64,000 bases of DNA from Candidatus Bathyarchaeia archaeon (GCA_038883775.1 JAVZLM010000006.1:32001-96000), one strand, 5' to 3'. Counted from the stretch's first letter, positions 1 through 10,648 are shown. The notes: a model not told the origin generated them from the sequence alone. Program-made: numbers and translations.

Positions 1-1
1 T

Positions 2-247
2 GAAGCGATAATGAAACTTGCAAGAAGGCTTGGATACGAAGTTATTGAGAAGAACATAACACCGTACGAATTGTTTAACGCTGATGAAGTCTTCTTTACT
101 GGAACCGCTGCTGAAATTGTGCCAGTGAAAGAAATAAACAAAAGGACCATAGGAAATGGAAAACCAGGTCCTATAACCAAGAAACTAATGGCTGAATTCG
201 TGAAAATGGTTCAAGACCCAAATGAAGGAATACCGATCTATCAGTAA
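2..247 (+). CDS. ilvE: branched-chain amino acid aminotransferase, C-terminal part (truncated by window edge)
   Basis: ADEVFFTGTAAEIVPV..I....IG.GKPGPITKKL is the class IV aminotransferase C-terminal motif; frame is open to the window start. Confidence 0.85.
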   Translation, partial: EAIMKLARRLGYEVIEKNITPYELFNADEVFFTGTAAEIVPVKEINKRTIGNGKPGPITKKLMAEFVKMVQDPNEGIPIYQ

Positions 248-263
248 CGCAAACTTTAATCCT

Positions 264-1469
264 TTATTCACTCTTCCTCATAAACTCTTCAATTCTGTTA
301 AAGGCTTCTTCAAGCGTTTCAATTGGTGGAAGAAAAACTCCCCTAACATGCCCTGTCCCATAAGTTTGGTCAAAACCTGAACCATGAACAAGAAGCACGC
401 CAGTTTCTTTTAAAAGCTCCAAAACAAATTCTAAATCCGTTTTCCATTTTCGTCCCACCGCATGAATTTTTGGAAAGACATAGAAGGCTCCCTCAGGCTT
501 TGCACAGCTAATTCCTTCAATCTCATTTAATCTTTTTAAAGAATAGTCTCTTCTTTCTCTAAGTTTTTTAACCATATCTCTTATGTGATTTTGTGGTCCA
601 TTTAGGGCTGCAACCCCAGCTTTTTGAACTGGCGTGTTTGCACAAATCCTTACCCTTGCTTCTTTTTCAACGCACTGTTTCAGTTCTTGAAGCTCACCCT
701 TTTGGTCGTGAAAATATACGTAGCCAAGCCTCCACCCAGTCATCAAATAAGCCTTTGAAAAACCGTTAAGCCCGATGACTGGAACGTCCTTGGCTAAACG
801 TGCAGTGCTAACAAATTTTTTCTCATAAACTATTTGGTCATAAATTTCATCAGACAAAATTGGAATTCCGTATTCTCCAGCCAAGTCTAAAATTTGCTTT
901 ACAACTTTATCCGCGTAAAGAGCCCCAGAAGGGTTATTTGGATTGATAATTACAATTCCCCGGGTTTTTCTTGAAATTTTCTCCCTCAAATCATCGATAT
1001 TTGGCTGCCAGCCGTCATCCTCTGTAGTCTCATAAGTGATGGGTTTTCCGCCAAAAAATTTTGCATAAGAAATGTAAGGCGGGTAAGTGGGTCCTGGAAG
1101 GAGAATTTCATCTCCAGCATCAATAAGTGCAGCCATAACCATTTGAATGCCCTCAGAAATTCCAGAAGTGACAATAACATTCTCGGAAGAAACATTAACA
1201 CCGTTAACTCTTTTTTCCTTTTGGCTTATTGCTTCTCTAAGTTCTGACACGCCTTCCGAAGCAGAGTAAGAATTTGCTCCTTCATTAACAGCCTTGATTA
1301 AAGCTTGTTTAATATGTTGCGGAGTGTCAAAATCAAATGCCACCGGGTCGCCTATGTTCAAATAAAAAATTTTCTTTCCCATCTTTGCCAATTTTTTCGC
1401 ATAAATAATAACATCTCGAATAGCATACTCTATAGTGCGAACTCTTTCAGTAACCTTTATTCCAGTCAA
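264..1469 (-). CDS. class I/II PLP aminotransferase (alanine aminotransferase-like)
   Basis: IEYAIRD, LNIGDP, INPNNPSG, SDEIYD, GFSKAYLMTGWRLGY (PLP lysine). Confidence 0.9.
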   Translation of the reverse strand: MTGIKVTERVRTIEYAIRDVIIYAKKLAKMGKKIFYLNIGDPVAFDFDTPQHIKQALIKAVNEGANSYSASEGVSELREAISQKEKRVNGVNVSSENVIVTSGISEGIQMVMAALIDAGDEILLPGPTYPPYISYAKFFGGKPITYETTEDDGWQPNIDDLREKISRKTRGIVIINPNNPSGALYADKVVKQILDLAGEYGIPILSDEIYDQIVYEKKFVSTARLAKDVPVIGLNGFSKAYLMTGWRLGYVYFHDQKGELQELKQCVEKEARVRICANTPVQKAGVAALNGPQNHIRDMVKKLRERRDYSLKRLNEIEGISCAKPEGAFYVFPKIHAVGRKWKTDLEFVLELLKETGVLLVHGSGFDQTYGTGHVRGVFLPPIETLEEAFNRIEEFMRKSE

Positions 1470-1529
1470 ACCATCATCCTTCTAGAACTCACGCTTCTAT
1501 TTCTAAGAAAATAAAGCTTATGGGCTAAT

Positions 1530-3269
1530 TCAGGAAGTGTGAAAGATTATGGATGCTTTAATATCTTCTACTGTAATAATTGACACTAGGATATCTATGT
1601 TTGAGTATTTTTCCCAATCAAACAGACATAGAATTATAACAGTTTCACCTGGACTTATGATTATTTGGTTTTCTGGAAATAGGTCTTCCACTATGATTGT
1701 TTGGTTTTGAAACGCAACGGTTACTTTTGACACTGTAAGATTCCATATGGAATAACTTAAACTTTCAACAGTTATATTGAGATATTTAGTTATACCAAAA
1801 TTTATGCCAGTAACTTCTGTTATGTTAAGCTCTGCTTTGGGAAGTTGAAAAACGAAATTAAATGTATATGCCTCTGAAGTTTTATTTGCTATTACATATA
1901 CTGTTAGAGTTATGTTTTTACCTGCCCCTAAGGGATAAGTGTTCCAATCATTGAGATTACAGAAGAACGTTTTATTTTGACCCACATCAATTGATCCATA
2001 AGGTAATGGTGGATCTGACTTCGTAGAATTTATTATTTCTCCTGTTTCTCTTACTACAATTTTTGTTATGTTAACGGCATCCAAGGAGGACTGGTGATTC
2101 AGCAATGTTATGTTAAAGTGGGTTCTATCCCGCAAAGTGAAGGCACCTTCTTCATTTAATACTTTAACCAGTATGGGCGATGGCGTTATAGCAGTAAAAT
2201 TGCTAGTTTCAAAATCTTGTGAGAAATAGACTTTCGCGGTAACTTTTTTCCCTCTATATGTTCGCCATGATTGATTAATTGCGAATGTATGGATTGTATT
2301 TGGCATTATACCTACTGGAGGATCATAATATCTTTCTATCACTGTTCCATTCTCCAATATGCACGCTATTTTTGTGACGTTTACATAGTTGGCTGACTCG
2401 GCGAGATTTGAAATCGTCACGTTAAAGTGGTCGGTGTGATTTTCATCAAAGATTACGTTTTTGATCATTGCATATGCTTGTGTCAAATTAATATTTTTTA
2501 AAAATCTGTAACCTTCCTTTGTTGAAAGTGTAAGTGAAGTGCTAATAACTCCATGCCAACTTCCGTTAAATTCAAAATGGATAGAGGTTCCCTTTTCAAT
2601 CAATTGAGGAAGTTCAGGGGATATGTCTTCCACAACAATTCCGCCAAATATTATCTCCATTATTGTCAAGTTAACAACCGAGTTAGCATCGTTCATTACG
2701 GTTATGTTAAACCTTCTAAACGAAATTCTAGAGTCAAAATCCACATCAACACTAAGCTTCACCAGCGGTATCACTGTTTCCATATTTGCGGCTGGAGCGT
2801 CGGAAGAGAAAACGTGTACAATAATGTTTTCCCCCGCATACTTGGCAGCAAACTCCCCCCAAGTCATGTTACGGCCTTCCACTCGAAGTAAAGAACATGT
2901 AATGTTCAATGTTTTCCCTTTTGGAACAATAATTCCATTTACAAGTGATGGGGCAGTTTCCAAAATTTCATAAAGTCTTGTTTCATTTTTTAGACTAACA
3001 GCTATTTTTGTTATTGTAGCATCTGCCGGCGAATATGAGGGATTCAAAACACTAACTTGGAATGCTGTGGCATTTTTCTTGTCAAAATACACTCCTGTTA
3101 TTGTAATCGTCGCCCCAAGGGGCAACTCAATGTAGTAGGCTATTGTGAATAGATAAGCGATTACTCCACCCATTACTGCAGATAATAGCATAAGAATTAT
3201 GAGAGTAAGCGTTGAAACGGCTTTTAAGCTGTTTAACACCCGCATTTTTCTCCCTCTATTTTGATACAT
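1530..3269 (-). CDS. large pilin-like/surface glycoprotein with class III-like signal peptide and five repeated beta domains
   Basis: N-terminal LKA|VSTL followed by a hydrophobic helix; five repeats of F-x-[VI]-T-[VIL]-x-N-x3-S-x4-[NT]-[IV]-T-K-I; many N-x-S/T sequons; start may be 3245. Confidence 0.6.
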   Translation of the reverse strand: MYQNRGRKMRVLNSLKAVSTLTLIILMLLSAVMGGVIAYLFTIAYYIELPLGATITITGVYFDKKNATAFQVSVLNPSYSPADATITKIAVSLKNETRLYEILETAPSLVNGIIVPKGKTLNITCSLLRVEGRNMTWGEFAAKYAGENIIVHVFSSDAPAANMETVIPLVKLSVDVDFDSRISFRRFNITVMNDANSVVNLTIMEIIFGGIVVEDISPELPQLIEKGTSIHFEFNGSWHGVISTSLTLSTKEGYRFLKNINLTQAYAMIKNVIFDENHTDHFNVTISNLAESANYVNVTKIACILENGTVIERYYDPPVGIMPNTIHTFAINQSWRTYRGKKVTAKVYFSQDFETSNFTAITPSPILVKVLNEEGAFTLRDRTHFNITLLNHQSSLDAVNITKIVVRETGEIINSTKSDPPLPYGSIDVGQNKTFFCNLNDWNTYPLGAGKNITLTVYVIANKTSEAYTFNFVFQLPKAELNITEVTGINFGITKYLNITVESLSYSIWNLTVSKVTVAFQNQTIIVEDLFPENQIIISPGETVIILCLFDWEKYSNIDILVSIITVEDIKASIIFHTS

Positions 3270-3378
3270 GTTTTTGTAATTTCATATTCTAAGCCATAAA
3301 TAAGTATTCTCTCATAAACGTTAGGCTTAAATCTGTTTAGTGATGATTATCTGACTCCAACATCGTGGGGAAAAATAA

Positions 3379-4665
3379 ATGCGGGAATATGATGCATTGA
3401 TTGTGGGTGCTGGAATTATAGGTTTGTCCACTGCTTACCATATTAAAGTTAGAAACCCTAAAGCGAATGTTTTAGTTGTGGATAAATTGGGCGCTGCTGG
3501 ACAAGGCAGTACAGCCAAAAGCGCCGCAGCCTTTAGATGTTTCTTTTATTCCCATACGAATTTTGCTTTGGCTGACTCTTCCGTTGAATTTTATAAGCAT
3601 GTTGAGAGGGATTTGGGATTTGATTTAAAGATGAGGTGGATTGGTTATTTGTGGCTTTTTGACGATGAGAGATATGGCAGAATGCTTCCTGTTTTGAAGG
3701 ATTTGGCTAGTAGGGGTTTTCAGTATAAAGAGTACGAAGCGAAAGAGTTGGCTAAAAAGCTTGATATGCGAACTAATTTTGCTGGCGACGAAGAAGCAGA
3801 GTTAATGGGTTTAGGAGATGTTTATAAGGGAATATTGATTCCTAAAGCTGGCTTGCTTGACGTTGATTCTCTTGTCAAATTTTACGAGTCTGAGTTTCTT
3901 AGGTTAGGCGGCGAAATTCACTACAATAGCGAAGTTAAGGAAATTATTGTTGAGCCGTGTAAACCTCTTGGTATGCCTGGCGAACCATATTTTTGGCAAG
4001 ACGCTGTCGTTGTTGGAGTGAAAACCACTAAAGGCGTGGTGAGGGCTGAAAAGACAATAATTGCTGCTGGAGCTTGGATTCCTCAACTGCTTGACCCCAT
4101 TGGAATTGAATGTTTCATTAAGGCTAAAAAGAGGCAGGTTTTTTCTGTCAAAGCAAAAAACGAGGCGCTTAAAAAGCTTCTTTACACGAAGGAATTCTCA
4201 AATGCTGGCTGTTTGCCCTTCACAATCTTTCCAAAACCCTCTTCGTATATTCGTCCAGCGCCTGAAGAAGAAGCCTTTTGGTTGGCTTATGCTGACGATT
4301 TTCCAAGAGCCTTCAAAATCGAAGATAACCCTGAACCTGAAGAAAACTTTTACCGTTATGGTTTGTATCAGGTCACAGTGAAATATTTTCCGCAGTTTGT
4401 TGGTTGTGAACCTTTTTCGGCTTTTGCCGGTTTATATGAGATTAACACTTTAGATGGGCAGCCTTTAGTTTTTGAAGAGAATGGTTTAATGGTTGTTGGT
4501 GGCGCCAGCGGAAGCGGGATAATGAAGGCTGATGCCATAGGTAGGATTGCAGCTGCACTTTACAATGACGAGAAATATGCTCTGCTTTATGGAGATAGGA
4601 AATTCAAGATTAGTGATTTAGGTTTGAAAAATAGGCGTGTGGAGCCGGAAAAACTGGTAATTTAG
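3379..4665 (+). CDS. FAD-dependent oxidoreductase, DAO/sarcosine oxidase/proline dehydrogenase beta-like
   Basis: IVGAGIIGLSTAY Rossmann motif, GQGSTAKSAA, IIAAGAW, GGASGSGIMKADAIG. Confidence 0.85.
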   Translation: MREYDALIVGAGIIGLSTAYHIKVRNPKANVLVVDKLGAAGQGSTAKSAAAFRCFFYSHTNFALADSSVEFYKHVERDLGFDLKMRWIGYLWLFDDERYGRMLPVLKDLASRGFQYKEYEAKELAKKLDMRTNFAGDEEAELMGLGDVYKGILIPKAGLLDVDSLVKFYESEFLRLGGEIHYNSEVKEIIVEPCKPLGMPGEPYFWQDAVVVGVKTTKGVVRAEKTIIAAGAWIPQLLDPIGIECFIKAKKRQVFSVKAKNEALKKLLYTKEFSNAGCLPFTIFPKPSSYIRPAPEEEAFWLAYADDFPRAFKIEDNPEPEENFYRYGLYQVTVKYFPQFVGCEPFSAFAGLYEINTLDGQPLVFEENGLMVVGGASGSGIMKADAIGRIAAALYNDEKYALLYGDRKFKISDLGLKNRRVEPEKLVI

Positions 4666-4737
4666 CCCTTTTACATCACTAATTTTATTTGCTCTTAAAT
4701 AGAAACTATAAGCCGCTTTGGAGTGTGATGTTAGATT

Positions 4738-6570
4738 ATGTATGGTTGGAATGGCAAGCTTTTGTATGTAAATTTGAGTAAAAGTAAGGCTGTTGCAAAG
4801 CCGTATGAGGCGAGCTTTGCAAAAAATTTCTTGGGCGGGAGGGGATTCGCCGCTAAGATTTTGTGGGATGAGCTTAAACCCGGAATTGACCCTTTATCTC
4901 CTGAGAATAAGTTGGTTTTTGCTGTTGGTCCGTTAACTGGTTTTGCCTTGCCTAGTAGTGGCAAAATGGTTGTAGCTTCCAAAAGTCCTTTAACTGGAGG
5001 TTATGGCGATGGAAACATTGGAACATATGCGGCTGTTCAAATTCGGAAAGCTGGTTACGACGCCGTAATCATCGAAGGTAAAGCAAAAAAGCCAATAGTT
5101 CTTTTGGTTCAAGACACTCAAGCGGAGTTTTTGGATGCAAAAGACCTTTGGGGCGCAACATCATTTGAGGCTGAAAGAAAGCTTAGAGAAATTTACGGGT
5201 CCGCTGCTGGAATCTTATGCATTGGTCCTGGCGGAGAAAATCTTGTCAAGTTTGCGAATATAGTTTCACAAGAGGGACGTGCTGGTGGAAGACCTGGAAT
5301 GGGGGCTGTTATGGGTTCGAAGAATTTGAAGGCTGTGGTTTTTGTTGGTTCTGGTGAATTGTCTGCTGCTTATCCAAAGGAAATGAAGGAGTTGGGCGCA
5401 GACGCTTACAGAGAGGTTTTAACCAAGCCAAACTATGCCTTTTGGAAGAGGCAAGGTACAATGATGACCATTGAATGGAGCCAAGAAAACTGTGTTCTTC
5501 CCACTCACAATTATCGAGAAGGCGTTTTTGAGAAGGCGGATGCCATAGGCGGCTTTAGCATGGAGAAAATTAAAACATCAAATCGTGGTTGTCCCCAATG
5601 CAATATGACATGTGGCAATGTTGTCAAAGGTTCAGATAAAAAAGAGGCTGAGCTTGATTATGAAAATGTTGCCATGCTGGGTTCAAACATTGGATTGGGC
5701 AGCCTAAAACAAGTTGCAGTCCTTAACCGAGTTGCTGATGAATTGGGCTTGGATACGATTTCTTTGGGCAATGTTATTGGCTTTGCCATGGAAGCTTCTG
5801 AAAAAGGATTAATTGAGGAGAAAGTTTCTTGGGGAAAGTTTAAGGAAACTAAAAGTTTGATTAAAGATATAGCCTACAGACGTGGTTTGGGCAACATTTT
5901 AGCTGAAGGAGTTCGCTTTGCAGCAGAAAAAATTGGTAAAAACTCAAGTCGCTGGGCTATGCATGTGAAGGGTTTAGAAATTTCTGCTTATGATTGTCAC
6001 ACTACTCCAGCCATGGCTCTGGCATATGCAACAAGCTCTATTGGCGCTCACCATAAGGATGCATGGGTTATTTCTTGGGAGGTTAAGTTTGGACGTGACA
6101 GTTATAGCGAGGAAAAGGTTGACAAGGTTATAGAGTTTCAGCGTATCCGTGGAGGAGTTTTTGAGTCGCTAACTGTGTGTAGACTTCCTTGGATTGAGCT
6201 TGGCTTCGAACTTGAATGGTACACAAAGTTTTTGCATGCAGCCACCGGACTGGAAATGAGTTGGGAAGAATTGAATATAATTGCTGATAGGGTTTTCAAT
6301 TTGATTCGTGCCTTCTGGATTCGTGAATATGGAAAAAAATGGAACATAGAAATGGACGTCCCGCCAGCAAGATGGTTCAAGGAAACATTAACTAAGGGTT
6401 CATTTAAAGGTGCAAAACTTGACAGAACAAAGTATGATATTATGTTACGGAGATATTACAGAAAACGGGGCTGGGATGAAAGGGGAATTCCAACAAAAAC
6501 GACATTGAAAAAGTTGGGATTGGAGGATGTTTCTAAGCAACTTCAAAAGCATGTTAAACTCGTTGACTGA
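4738..6570 (+). CDS. tungsten aldehyde:ferredoxin oxidoreductase family protein
   Basis: MYGWNGKLL..NLS, LGGRG, SKSPLTGG, GRPGMGAVMGSKNLKA, CPQCNMTC Fe-S motif, DELGLDTIS, YY..RGWDERGIP. Confidence 0.92.
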   Translation: MYGWNGKLLYVNLSKSKAVAKPYEASFAKNFLGGRGFAAKILWDELKPGIDPLSPENKLVFAVGPLTGFALPSSGKMVVASKSPLTGGYGDGNIGTYAAVQIRKAGYDAVIIEGKAKKPIVLLVQDTQAEFLDAKDLWGATSFEAERKLREIYGSAAGILCIGPGGENLVKFANIVSQEGRAGGRPGMGAVMGSKNLKAVVFVGSGELSAAYPKEMKELGADAYREVLTKPNYAFWKRQGTMMTIEWSQENCVLPTHNYREGVFEKADAIGGFSMEKIKTSNRGCPQCNMTCGNVVKGSDKKEAELDYENVAMLGSNIGLGSLKQVAVLNRVADELGLDTISLGNVIGFAMEASEKGLIEEKVSWGKFKETKSLIKDIAYRRGLGNILAEGVRFAAEKIGKNSSRWAMHVKGLEISAYDCHTTPAMALAYATSSIGAHHKDAWVISWEVKFGRDSYSEEKVDKVIEFQRIRGGVFESLTVCRLPWIELGFELEWYTKFLHAATGLEMSWEELNIIADRVFNLIRAFWIREYGKKWNIEMDVPPARWFKETLTKGSFKGAKLDRTKYDIMLRRYYRKRGWDERGIPTKTTLKKLGLEDVSKQLQKHVKLVD

Positions 6571-6582
6571 TTTAGGCTGATG

Positions 6583-8034
6583 CTAATAGGCTCTTGCGAA
6601 GTAAACCACTTCCTTAGCTTCTTTTCCGCAATAAATGCATTTTGAGAAGGTTTTCTCTCTTTCAAAAGGCACTATTCTTATGGTTGCTCCAGTCTCTTCC
6701 TTTATTCTTTCTTCGCATGCAGAATCGGTGCACCAGCAAGCCCTAATAAATCCGCCTTTTTTTAATGTCTTTTTGAATTCTTCATAAGTTTTTACTGTGG
6801 TTATGTTTTCTTCTAAGAATTTTTTAGCCCTATTGAAAAGGTTTTTTTGGATTTCTTCCAGCATTTTCGCTACAGCGTTAACTATTTCTTCTTCTTCTTC
6901 TTTTATAGCGATTCTTTCAAAGGTGTCTCTTCTGGCTAATGTCGCCTGCTTTTGTTTTAGGTCTTTTGGACCAATTTCTATTCTTATTGGCACGCCTTTA
7001 AGTTCCCACTCGTTAAATTTCCATCCAGGCGTGTATTCACTTCTGTCGTCCAGAACCGCTGATATGCCATGCTTTTTCAGTTTTTCATAGATTTCCTTAG
7101 CTTTTGCAAATATTGCTGTGGAATCAGCCTCTTTGTAGGGTATTGGAACTATAACCGCTTGGATTGGTGCAACTTTTGGCGGCAATACTAATCCTTTGTC
7201 GTCGCCGTGGACCATTACCATGGCGCCTATCATTCTTGTTGAGAAGCCCCATGATGTTTGCCAAACATATCTTTCTTTTTCGTCTTTGTCGAGGAATTTT
7301 ATGTTGAAGGCTTTGGAGAAATTTTGGCCAAGCTGATGGGATGTTCCCATTTGGAGGGCTTTGCCGTCGGGCATTAGGGCTTCTAGGGTTGTTGTGTATA
7401 ATGCGCCTTTAAACTTTTCATTTTCCGTTTTCCTCCCAGCGAGAACAGGGATGGCTAGGTAATTTTCTATGATTTCTTTGTAGGTGTTTAGAATTTCCAT
7501 GACTTCTTGGTCTGCTTCTTCTTTTGTTGCGTGGGCTGTATGTCCCTCTTGCCATAGGAATTCCCTTGTGCGTAGGAAAAGTTTGGTTGCTTCTGTTTCC
7601 CATCTTACAACACTGTTCCACTGATTAAGCTTTAGTGGCAAGTCCCTCCAGCTTCTAATCCACTTGGCGTATGTAGCATACATTATTGTTTCTGACGTGG
7701 GTCTTATGGCAAGCCTTTCCTCTAATGGTGTGTCTCCGCCAATGGTGACCCATGCAACTTGGGGAACAAACCCTTTGAAGTGTTCAGCCTCTTTTTTCAA
7801 GAAACTTTCGGGTATAAACAGTGGGAAGTAAACATTCTTGTGTCCCGTAGCCTTAATTTTTTCGTTGAAGGCTTCTTGGATTTTCTCCCATATGGCATAG
7901 GAAAGTTCGCGGAATATCATGCAACCCTTGACAGGCGCATAATCCGCCAGTCCAGATTTTACGACAACTTGCGTGTACCATTCTGAGAAGTCTTCAGTCT
8001 TTTTAACTGTCAATCCCATCTCTGACATGCGCAT
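6583..8034 (-). CDS. proS: prolyl-tRNA synthetase (archaeal/eukaryotic type)
   Basis: DFSEWYTQVV, AIRPTSET, FLRTREFLWQEGHT, LQMGTSHQLGQNFSKAF, C-terminal FARAY; start may be 8028. Confidence 0.97.
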   Translation of the reverse strand: MRMSEMGLTVKKTEDFSEWYTQVVVKSGLADYAPVKGCMIFRELSYAIWEKIQEAFNEKIKATGHKNVYFPLFIPESFLKKEAEHFKGFVPQVAWVTIGGDTPLEERLAIRPTSETIMYATYAKWIRSWRDLPLKLNQWNSVVRWETEATKLFLRTREFLWQEGHTAHATKEEADQEVMEILNTYKEIIENYLAIPVLAGRKTENEKFKGALYTTTLEALMPDGKALQMGTSHQLGQNFSKAFNIKFLDKDEKERYVWQTSWGFSTRMIGAMVMVHGDDKGLVLPPKVAPIQAVIVPIPYKEADSTAIFAKAKEIYEKLKKHGISAVLDDRSEYTPGWKFNEWELKGVPIRIEIGPKDLKQKQATLARRDTFERIAIKEEEEEIVNAVAKMLEEIQKNLFNRAKKFLEENITTVKTYEEFKKTLKKGGFIRACWCTDSACEERIKEETGATIRIVPFEREKTFSKCIYCGKEAKEVVYFARAY

Positions 8035-8284
8035 CTCTCCCTTGATTCTTTTTTGTTGAATATAATTCTAATGGAGAACAAATTCTGATGTGGGCTAAGT
8101 TTTGCGAAAATTTAGCAATGTGGAACGCAATCGCCCATATCAACCACGCCTTACAAAAATATCGGAAGTGACTATTAAACATTTTCTTATCGCAAAAATG
8201 GATTGCGTAAGTGCGCAACTGTTTTAACTTAACACGCCCATAATTCATTTGTTCCTCCGTCAACAAGAGTGGCGTGAATGAAGA

Positions 8285-9526
8285 TTGAAGGCGATTTTGG
8301 TTATTGGAGATGGAATGGCCGACAGACCCGTAAAAGAATTGAATTGGAAAACACCATTAGAAGAAGCCCACAAACCATCATTAAACAAAATAGCTGAAAC
8401 TGGCATCTGCGGCATAATGGACCCAATATCGCCTGGAACGCCGCCAGGAAGCGATGTGGCTACCCTTGCGTTGTTGGGTTATGATGTCCTAAAAGTTTAT
8501 TCGGGAAGAGGCGCCTTAGAAGCAATAGGCTCTGGTATAGACGTTCTAGCAAGCGATGTTTGTTTCCGATGTAATTTTGCAACAGTAGATGAGGACCTTA
8601 TTGTTTTGGATAGGCGTGCAGGAAGAATCTCTGATGAGGATGCAGCTAAACTGGCACGAAGTCTCCAAGAAGTTAAGCTGAAGAAACCTTCAAAAGTTGA
8701 CTTTCTGTTTAGAAGCACCTTGCAGCATCGTGCAGTTTTAATTCTTCGCGGGGCTAAACTGTCAACCGCAGTTAGTGATGCTGACCCCGGAAAAACCGGA
8801 GCAAAGGTTCAGCAGGTGAAACCATTAGACAATAGCCCAGAAGCCAAATTAACTTCCAAAATAGTTAACGAACTTATCCACGAATTCCATAAAACATTGA
8901 AAACTCATCCATTAAATAAAGAAAGAGTTAGACATGGTTTGCCTCCAGCGAATATTGTCTTATGTCGTGGCGCTGGTACGATTCCTCAAATTGAGCCTTT
9001 GACAAAAATTTATGGCGTGAAAGCTGCTTGTGTGAGCGCTGCGCCTTTGGTTAGTGGAGTCTGTAAGGTTGCTGGAATGAATTTGGTAAAGGTTGAAGGC
9101 GCCACTGGCTTGCCTCAAACTAATTATTTGGGTAAAGCAAAGGCGGCAACTAATGCTCTAGCCAACTGTGATTTTGTGCTTTTGCATGTGAAGGCGCCAG
9201 ATGTTGCAAGCCATGACGGAAACGTTAAACTAAAAATTAAGGTGATTGAAGAAATCGATAAAATGGTTGGTTATCTGCTTAACAATGTGGACGCAAACTC
9301 AACCTATTTGGCTGTAACTGCAGACCACACAACCTCCCTTGTAACAGGCGAGCATGAAGGTGACCCAGTTCCAATAGCCATAACTGGACCATATGTTCGC
9401 TGTGATGATGTGAAAGAGTTCAGCGAAAGGGCATGCGTTAAGGGCGGGTTGAATAGGATTAGGGGTATGGATTTGACGCCTATCTTGATGAATTTTCTTG
9501 GAAAAACTAAAAAGTTTGGGGCTTAG
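8285..9526 (+). CDS. apgM: 2,3-bisphosphoglycerate-independent phosphoglycerate mutase (archaeal)
   Basis: IGDGMADRP, TPLEEA, PGSDVA, GRGALEA, DRRAGRI, HVKAPDVASHDG, TADHTT. Confidence 0.92.
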   Translation: MKAILVIGDGMADRPVKELNWKTPLEEAHKPSLNKIAETGICGIMDPISPGTPPGSDVATLALLGYDVLKVYSGRGALEAIGSGIDVLASDVCFRCNFATVDEDLIVLDRRAGRISDEDAAKLARSLQEVKLKKPSKVDFLFRSTLQHRAVLILRGAKLSTAVSDADPGKTGAKVQQVKPLDNSPEAKLTSKIVNELIHEFHKTLKTHPLNKERVRHGLPPANIVLCRGAGTIPQIEPLTKIYGVKAACVSAAPLVSGVCKVAGMNLVKVEGATGLPQTNYLGKAKAATNALANCDFVLLHVKAPDVASHDGNVKLKIKVIEEIDKMVGYLLNNVDANSTYLAVTADHTTSLVTGEHEGDPVPIAITGPYVRCDDVKEFSERACVKGGLNRIRGMDLTPILMNFLGKTKKFGA

Positions 9527-10648
9527 CTATTGGACTGGCATTAGTCTCCATTCTCTATAATCTGTTATGACTTTAATGTATCCTTTTAGCATGGTATCTG
9601 CTTCGGCATCGCCCGTGTCAACTCTTAAAACGTTTCCTTCAATGTTTTGGAGTTTGCTTTTTGTTGCCGCCACAATTATTCTTTGTTTTCCAACTCGTTT
9701 AATGATTTCTGGACTTATCTGTTGGTTTCCCCTTCCCAAGAGAATTCCTTGATGTCCAATTGGTGATAGGATAATCCAAACTTTTTGCCAATCTTTTATT
9801 TCTTCCAAAATTTTCTTTTCATTCACGTCGAGGATGATTTTGCCGTTTTTGTATATGTCCACGCCCAAAACTGTTTTTTCAACGCCTAAAAGGTCTGCTA
9901 TGCGCTGGACTGTTGTTCCTGGACCCAGTATGTATGTGGCATCTGGCAGCATTTCTTCTATTATGAATTTTGCTATTGCGGTTTGGTTTTCCTTTTCATC
10001 GGTGGTTTCTGGGCTTACCTGTTTGCTTCCTTGAATTCGCATAGCCAAAAAGGGTCCCTTAAGAAAACCGTAGAGTTTTACTGCAAAAGCGTCGCTTCTT
10101 ATGGCGCTTTCGTCAGCATCCATAATCTCAAACTCCATTATTTCAGCTTGGTTTTCAGCAAAAGCCAAAACAATGTTAGCCGCATCTGAAGGGTTTACGG
10201 CGAAAATACCACTATACATTTTTACTCCAGCAGGCACACCTAAAACAGGCGTTTCCGCTTTGCAGTCTCGCATGGCATCAAAGATGTCTTTTGCTGTGCC
10301 GTCTCCGCCAACAAAGACTATTAAATCAACCTTTGCTGCAGTTAAGAGTTTGACGGCGTTTTTTGTGTCTTCGGCGCTTGTCTCCTTTCTGATTTTCATC
10401 GGTAATATTTGCATTTGAAAATTTGCAGCCTTCGCTTCTTTTTCGCCCATAATTCCTGGACAGGTGAAGACTTCAATTTTTGTTTGGGCAAAATTTTTCT
10501 TTAATTTTTGCAGAAACTCTACTGCCCTTTTTGGCGCTACTGGTTTGGCTCCTCTTGCAATTGCCTCCTTTAGTACGCCATCTGTGCCTTTTAATCCAAC
10601 TCTTCCTCCCATTCCAGCTATTGGATTAACGATGAAACCAAGCTTCAT
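9527..10648 (-). CDS. ATP-NAD kinase family protein (COG3199-like)
   Basis: GFIVNPIAGMGGRVGLKGTDG, VGGDGTAKD, GVPAGVKMYSG, GRGNQQ. Confidence 0.85.
   Translation of the reverse strand: MKLGFIVNPIAGMGGRVGLKGTDGVLKEAIARGAKPVAPKRAVEFLQKLKKNFAQTKIEVFTCPGIMGEKEAKAANFQMQILPMKIRKETSAEDTKNAVKLLTAAKVDLIVFVGGDGTAKDIFDAMRDCKAETPVLGVPAGVKMYSGIFAVNPSDAANIVLAFAENQAEIMEFEIMDADESAIRSDAFAVKLYGFLKGPFLAMRIQGSKQVSPETTDEKENQTAIAKFIIEEMLPDATYILGPGTTVQRIADLLGVEKTVLGVDIYKNGKIILDVNEKKILEEIKDWQKVWIILSPIGHQGILLGRGNQQISPEIIKRVGKQRIIVAATKSKLQNIEGNVLRVDTGDAEADTMLKGYIKVITDYREWRLMPVQ

Noticed and set aside
8003-8266. 87-aa ORF in the proS/apgM intergenic region
   Set aside because: No recognisable motif; it overlaps the proS start and probable promoters
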